64,000 nucleotides of DNA, from positions 46 through 64,045 of the IMG/VR virus record IMGVR_UViG_2919367315_000001; one strand, written 5' to 3'. Origin of the DNA: a virus. Under the pieces are notes generated by a model, which worked only from the letters and a program-made list of their open reading frames with translations, was not told the DNA's origin and made no database searches. A program made the position numbers and the translations under genes. Positions 59,315 to 64,000 of the stretch are shown here, piece after piece (within the stretch, counting starts at the first letter, position 1; every line of letters starts with the position of its first letter).

Positions 59315-59998
59315 TCAATCCTCAAAACGCTCTCCGTAGCCATAAGATGGAGCTGGTTTGCTGAAATTGTTCAAGGCATCGGATATCATGACGCTAAATA
59401 CGCTCATTTGCTTAGTATCCATAGACTCTAGCAACCGAATCTCTTTAGTTTTTAGTGAGCGTCCCGCCGCTGTAGTAAGTAAATCCATGACTGGCTTTAT
59501 AGATTCCAATCGTTCCTGCTTTTGGGCTTCTAATCGCTCCTGTGCCGCCTGCTTGCGGTTGTACTCTTCCCAATCCTGTTCATCAAACCAGAATCTAGGT
59601 CCGTAAGTTAATGAATAAGTCGTTATCCATCCTTGAAGCTCTTCCTCGTTTGTCTGGATACGATCATGGCAGGCATCGCATACACGCATAGCATTTGTCT
59701 TTACACCGCGTCCGCTTCTTCCTCTTGGCATTACGTGATGGGTTTGAGTGGATTTACGACTACACCCACATTGGCAGAGGCCTTGTGTTTCTTCTATTAA
59801 TTCAGTAACTACTTCTGCCGGAAATTCAGCTCGGTCAGCCCGAGAAGGACGTGACTGGTGGTGAGCAAGAATGTCCTTCTTCCATTCTGGAATCGGCTTT
59901 TTGCTTTTCTTACGCTGTCTAAGGCTGCTGAACGATTTCTTTTCTTTGACTTTTTTCTCCGGTTTCCAGAATGTTTGATGAGACATTCTCCTCGCCAC
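59315..59998 (-). CDS. HNH endonuclease-like protein
   Basis: CQCGC...THHVMPRG...NAMRVCDACHDRI. Confidence 0.8.
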   Translation of the reverse strand: MARRMSHQTFWKPEKKVKEKKSFSSLRQRKKSKKPIPEWKKDILAHHQSRPSRADRAEFPAEVVTELIEETQGLCQCGCSRKSTQTHHVMPRGRSGRGVKTNAMRVCDACHDRIQTNEEELQGWITTYSLTYGPRFWFDEQDWEEYNRKQAAQERLEAQKQERLESIKPVMDLLTTAAGRSLKTKEIRLLESMDTKQMSVFSVMISDALNNFSKPAPSYGYGERFED

Positions 59999-60069
59999 CT
60001 TTCCAACAATTTAGTTTCGTATTTCCTGTGCTTATGCTTATATTTTGTACCTAATCTGCTACTACCCCA

Positions 60070-60252
60070 TTACGGTTTCAATACGGATTTTAGAGGTTCA
60101 AGCAATCCTACTTCCTCTAAAACGGAATAATGTTTATACCTTTCTTCCGTTGTTACGCGCACTTCATTTATGGTATGGGATGCATAGAAGGCCACGGCCT
60201 GTTGCACTTCGATAGGCTCTTCATCAAGCTTGTTCAAGTCGAGCTTTTTCAC
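60070..60252 (-). CDS. Hypothetical protein
   Basis: ORF coupled to the upstream gene. Confidence 0.6.
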   Translation of the reverse strand: MKKLDLNKLDEEPIEVQQAVAFYASHTINEVRVTTEERYKHYSVLEEVGLLEPLKSVLKP

Positions 60253-60443
60253 GAACTACTCTCCCTTGTAAGGCGATTATATTTTTCTACAAAATTATGC
60301 TTTATGTCAGGTGGTAAGGTATCAATGGCATCATTCCAAGTGTTCAATAATTCGTTGTTATGAGAATTATATTTTTGTATCTCCACATAACGCTCGGATA
60401 ATGCTGTGGTGAATTCATCCGCTTCTTGCTCCGTCATATCCAC
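60249..60443 (-). CDS. Hypothetical protein
   Basis: RBS aggaggtgg. Confidence 0.6.
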   Translation of the reverse strand: MDMTEQEADEFTTALSERYVEIQKYNSHNNELLNTWNDAIDTLPPDIKHNFVEKYNRLTRESSS

Positions 60444-60502
60444 CTCCTATATGTTTTTTGGTTCCAGTACAATGTTGCTCGTTCGGATACAATGTAGAGC
60501 GT

Positions 60503-60517
60503 AGGAAAAGTTTCCTG
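60503..60517. promoter_or_regulatory. Palindrome copy 5
   Basis: aggaaaagtttcctg, upstream of the 60443 ORF. Confidence 0.6.
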
Positions 60518-60583
60518 AGTTGATCATTTGGCTTGTATCAATCTCACCTGAGAATCTCCGCAATGCTGTAGACTTGAATACGT

Positions 60584-60683
60584 TATTCCATATCGTATAT
60601 CGAATTGTAGTTCTTGACCTAATAATATACGATATCGAATATAGAGTCAATGCATGTTGCTAATAAATATTCGGTATCGTATA
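60584..60683. promoter_or_regulatory. Three related 16-bp operator-like sites over divergent promoters
   Basis: tattccatatcgtata 60584, tatacgatatcgaata 60626 (reverse), tattcggtatcgtata 60668; minus-strand TTGACT-17-TATTAT. Confidence 0.65.
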
Positions 60684-60706
60684 ATTCGACTGAGAGGTGA
60701 ATTGCA

Positions 60707-60916
60707 TTGCTTAAAGTGAAACCGAATTTGACGCCTTTGTTAAAAAAGAAAGGTATCATTCAAATGGAATTGTCTGAAATGACTGGAATTCCACAAGGTT
60801 CAATTAGTAGATTTGATAAAAATAGTCGCCATGAAGCCTGGCATTTATTTGCTATCGCTAAAGCGCTAGATGTTACCATTGAAGATTTGTTTATTACTGA
60901 GGAGCAAGAGGATTAA
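60707..60916 (+). CDS. XRE (Cro/C1-type) regulator
   Basis: LLKKKGIIQMELSEMTGIPQGSISRF...IAKALDVTIEDLF. Confidence 0.9.
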   Translation: MLKVKPNLTPLLKKKGIIQMELSEMTGIPQGSISRFDKNSRHEAWHLFAIAKALDVTIEDLFITEEQED

Positions 60917-60948
60917 TTAAGAACCCTCTATGCTCCTTTTGTTTTAGC

Positions 60949-61176
60949 CTAGATCGGATTAAGAAGTCTTTCAAGCCGTATAACCTCTTTCTGGAGGTAC
61001 TGAATCAAATCAGTTGCCTCCTCCAGCGCCATAAGCCTCCAGTCATAGGACATATCTGATACCTGGTCTATGGTGATTCCATACTTCTTTAGACCTTTCT
61101 CGTTTTGCTTGTCCAGCAATTCTATGATCCGTTGTGTTACTTCTGGACGTTCAATTTCATTTTGAGAGTGCTTCAT
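60949..61176 (-). CDS. Hypothetical phage protein
   Basis: EKGLKKYG...ALEEATDLIQYL. Confidence 0.7.
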   Translation of the reverse strand: MKHSQNEIERPEVTQRIIELLDKQNEKGLKKYGITIDQVSDMSYDWRLMALEEATDLIQYLQKEVIRLERLLNPI

Positions 61177-61487
61177 TTAATCGCCTCCTCCGTCTCCGGT
61201 AGAATAAGCATATCTCCGTCATACTTCAACTCCGCCTGATTAGGGTCAATCACTGGTCCCCAATGGTTATTAGCCTGCATGATGCGGACTATATCAGCCG
61301 CATATGTTTCGTCGGTGTTAACTACCAGATAGGTATTTAAAGCCGGCTTTCCATTTAGATGTCGCAACTCTTGGATTTTCCAAAGAATGCGGGACAACTC
61401 ACTTTTATCCCGATCATCAAGGTAATTTTCAGCATCCTCATTTTTGATTACGGTAAATCTGACTTTTATTCCGGCCAGTTCTGACAT
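61173..61487 (-). CDS. Hypothetical phage protein
   Basis: YLVVNTDETYAADIVRIM...HWG. Confidence 0.7.
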   Translation of the reverse strand: MSELAGIKVRFTVIKNEDAENYLDDRDKSELSRILWKIQELRHLNGKPALNTYLVVNTDETYAADIVRIMQANNHWGPVIDPNQAELKYDGDMLILPETEEAIK

Positions 61488-61956
61488 TTTTAATCTCTCC
61501 TTCGGCTCGTTTTACTAATTTATTGATTGCTCGCTTTCGATCTGCTCGTTCTTTCTTGGCCTGCTGTGTAGGGATAAATTCTCCACGCCGCTTTACAAGT
61601 ATTTCAATTGGTAAAGTCGGGTATTTTAGTAGGAAAAGCTTCAGCTTCACTCTAAAGGTAGCCGTTTCAACTCCCTTTATGTCAATTACTCGCTGGCTTC
61701 CATCAAGGTCAGTAACAAGGAAATCTGCAATGTAGGTCACCTTCGGGCTTTCCTGTAAGATGTATTTGGGCTGACAGACAAAATCCTTTATTTCTCCCAG
61801 CTGCTTCAGCATGAGCAATTCTTGATAATACTCACCTTCCATTTTGCTGTCGAAGCGAATACCAGTTACATCAAGGTTATATTTCTTTATCAGCCATTCC
61901 TCAAATAGTGTTCCATCAGCTGTAACAATCACTTTTTTTGCATTGTATTTACTCAT
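61438..61956 (-). CDS. DUF1064 family nuclease-fold protein
   Basis: SKYNAKKV...FDSKMEGEYY...QPKY...YIADF...DIKG. Confidence 0.85.
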   Translation of the reverse strand: MSKYNAKKVIVTADGTLFEEWLIKKYNLDVTGIRFDSKMEGEYYQELLMLKQLGEIKDFVCQPKYILQESPKVTYIADFLVTDLDGSQRVIDIKGVETATFRVKLKLFLLKYPTLPIEILVKRRGEFIPTQQAKKERADRKRAINKLVKRAEGEIKNVRTGRNKSQIYRNQK

Positions 61957-63086
61957 TAATCTACCGTCCTGTAAGGTTGTACAATATGGACGCTTTGATT
62001 ATCTTCATTGCTAAGAATGAAAATAGACTTCATTTTGCCTGCAAAAACCAAGGTGACTTTTTCCCCATCTAAAGCTTTCAAAGCATCCATAGCATACTTA
62101 GAATTCAAGGAAACGGTTAGCTCCTGTCCCGTAAACTTAATAGGAACAATACTTTCGCTCGCCTTACCCGTTTGCTTTCCTTTTCCGCGAATATTTATTT
62201 CTTTCTCAGTTAAATTAAGCCTAACCATATTATTTTTCTCTTCTTTTGCCAGAGTGTAGATAAGTTCAACAGATTCCAAAAATTCTTGTTTATTTATCTC
62301 TATCCTCGTACCACTATCAGGAACAATAACCATCTGGTGTATGTCTGGATACTCGCCCTCCAAAACACGAGAGTAAAAAGTGAATCTCTCTGTGCGAGCA
62401 AAGGCATAAACTACCCGATCATCCTTCCCCTTTGAAAAGCCAAATTGAACATCGTCCTTATCTGTAATGATCTTCTGCAGTTCGACCAGACCTCTTGCTT
62501 CGATCACAGCACTACCAAAATCCCCCGATTCAATTTCCTTTTCCGTTTTTGAAAGGCGATGCCTATTGGTTGCTTCCATTCCTATTTTCCCGGTCTTTAG
62601 GTAGACATTTGCTCCAGTTAGTATGGGCATGCCTTTACCATCAATGTCTGCCGCAAAGATAGCCTTTTTGAATAATCCCTTTAGATCTTTCCCAGTAATT
62701 TCAATGTATTCATTGTCATTTATTGAAGGAGGCAGAGGAAATTCCTCGGGGTCCAATCCTGCCATTTCGATTTCTTTATTCCGGGACGTGATAATCACAT
62801 TCATACCATCTTTAGACTCAATCCGAACGTCACCACTTAATTTCTTGAGCATTTTCAAAAACAATTCAGGCAGAACTACCTTTCCACTCCGTTCAATTTG
62901 AACATGCTCGTCGAAAATATACGATTGTATCGTAGCTCTATCATCAGTTCCTGTTACTGTTAGGCCCTCGTTGTTGGCTTCAATTAAGAAGCAACCAAGT
63001 ATTGGCATGATGTTTTTGGCTGAAATAGCCTTACTGGCATCTTCCAAAGCCTCAGCTAATAGAGCGCTGTCCACTACTATATTCAT
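61956..63086 (-). CDS. dnaN: Phage-encoded DNA polymerase III beta sliding clamp
   Basis: MPILGCFLIEA...TGTD...LDPEEFP...ATNRHRL...SRVLEGEYPD...SLNSKYAMDAL...VQPYR. Confidence 0.9.
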   Translation of the reverse strand: MNIVVDSALLAEALEDASKAISAKNIMPILGCFLIEANNEGLTVTGTDDRATIQSYIFDEHVQIERSGKVVLPELFLKMLKKLSGDVRIESKDGMNVIITSRNKEIEMAGLDPEEFPLPPSINDNEYIEITGKDLKGLFKKAIFAADIDGKGMPILTGANVYLKTGKIGMEATNRHRLSKTEKEIESGDFGSAVIEARGLVELQKIITDKDDVQFGFSKGKDDRVVYAFARTERFTFYSRVLEGEYPDIHQMVIVPDSGTRIEINKQEFLESVELIYTLAKEEKNNMVRLNLTEKEINIRGKGKQTGKASESIVPIKFTGQELTVSLNSKYAMDALKALDGEKVTLVFAGKMKSIFILSNEDNQSVHIVQPYRTVD

Positions 63087-63198
63087 AAGGTTTGACCTCC
63101 TTTTTCGCATTAGGATTGCACTCCGGGCAAGGTCCCAACATTACGATGGAGCCTTTGAACTTATATGCCACCTTACTGCCACTGCAAGTTCTACACAT
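63052..63198 (-). CDS. 48-aa Zn-ribbon protein (not in ORF track)
   Basis: MCRTCSGSK...LGPCPECNP: CxxC...CxxC. Confidence 0.6.
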   Translation of the reverse strand: MCRTCSGSKVAYKFKGSIVMLGPCPECNPNAKKEVKPYEYSSGQRSIS

Positions 63199-63202
63199 AC
63201 CC

Positions 63203-64000
63203 TTAATCCCTCCGTCTATTTCTACCACCCACCGGCAGTATCTTTACAAATGGTTCTATTCGCTCAATGATCCGGGCCGCTTTTTTGTCATTCTGTTTCT
63301 GTTCGCTCGGCTTGCTATCTTTCACATTCGCCAAGTGCTGTTTCAACTCACTCATGGTTAAATTAGATGTGTAGATCGTCGTTAGGCGTTCCATACGCCG
63401 CTGAAGTATCGGTCCCAGCACTTCATCCCTTGTCCATGTTGTAAGGGACTCAGCTCCAATATCATCTAAAATTAAGACCGTAGCAGTCCTCAATGCGTCC
63501 AATTTGCTTTCTACGGTTTCTGTTTTGGAGCCAATGGCATCCTTAACTTCCAGCAGGAAATCAGGCACATAAACCATTAGCACACTAACGTCACGCTTTG
63601 CCAGCTCTTGGGCAATGGCTCCCACGATTCTGCTTTTACCTATGCCCATTTGACCGTAAAAGTATAGTCCTGTTGTCGTTTCTCCGGGAACAAATTCATC
63701 ACAGAAGCTTATTGCAGCTGCAATTGCAGATATCCGCTGCGGGTCAGGTTCAATGTCTTCGAAGGTGGCATTCAGGATGTGAGCCGGGATGTAATGGCTC
63801 TTGATCCTCTGACCTATTCCTTGTTCTCTTTCGTGAGCGACCAACAATGGGCATTTCCGAAGTCGGAAGACCAGTTCGTCAGCTTTGGTCGGGTTAGGCT
63901 CCGCAACGCTTGCATGCCCCTTCTGTTCGTTCTGGCAAGCAAGCAACCCTGGACACTCGCTGCATTTATCGCAATATGACAGATGCTGTGATAGATCTCT
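63203..64000 (-). CDS. dnaI: DnaI/DnaC-like helicase loader, 5' end beyond the window
   Basis: GLYFYGQMGIGKS Walker A, LILDDIG Walker B, TIYTSN; frame open to 64000 (YCDKCSECPG). Confidence 0.9.
   Translation of the reverse strand, partial: RDLSQHLSYCDKCSECPGLLACQNEQKGHASVAEPNPTKADELVFRLRKCPLLVAHEREQGIGQRIKSHYIPAHILNATFEDIEPDPQRISAIAAAISFCDEFVPGETTTGLYFYGQMGIGKSRIVGAIAQELAKRDVSVLMVYVPDFLLEVKDAIGSKTETVESKLDALRTATVLILDDIGAESLTTWTRDEVLGPILQRRMERLTTIYTSNLTMSELKQHLANVKDSKPSEQKQNDKKAARIIERIEPFVKILPVGGRNRRRD

Larger units (their letters stand above)
758..64000 (-). mobile_element. Siphovirus-type prophage integrated at the glnA 3' end (right end beyond the window)
   Basis: Co-oriented replication, terminase, portal, capsid, tail, tape-measure and lysis genes ending at an att-like glnA duplication. 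Confidence 0.95.

Noticed and set aside
60447-60650. 67-aa minus-strand ORF
   Set aside because: Starts at the promoter -35 element and overlaps the operators; no RBS.

Overview
Almost the whole window (about 758 to beyond 64000) is one large siphovirus-type prophage, mostly on the minus strand; gene families suggest a Paenibacillus-like host (inference). Right to left it carries: replication genes (DnaI-like loader, phage-encoded beta clamp); small early/middle ORFs; an ArpU-like activator; terminase, portal, capsid and tail genes; holins and a GH25 endolysin; and a ~15 kb cargo block. The left boundary is a duplicated 3' end of glnA (YRTQVHQWERDQYLTLY*, 758-811), and just outside it are relics of an older prophage at the same site. 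The most unusual observations: (1) an agr-like operon (7-TM protein, AgrB, unannotated 39-aa Cys-less AgrD-like peptide, tandem-LytTR protein) with no kinase or receiver domain; (2) a ~28-bp imperfect palindrome delimiting single cargo genes like a cassette array (51859-54886, also 19101-19526); (3) a small terminase carrying an FtsK-gamma DNA-binding domain next to four ~20-bp-spaced repeats; (4) a 16-bp palindrome found five times, upstream of late-gene blocks; (5) several candidate toxin or defence pairs. All family assignments come from motif recognition by eye; no searches were run.
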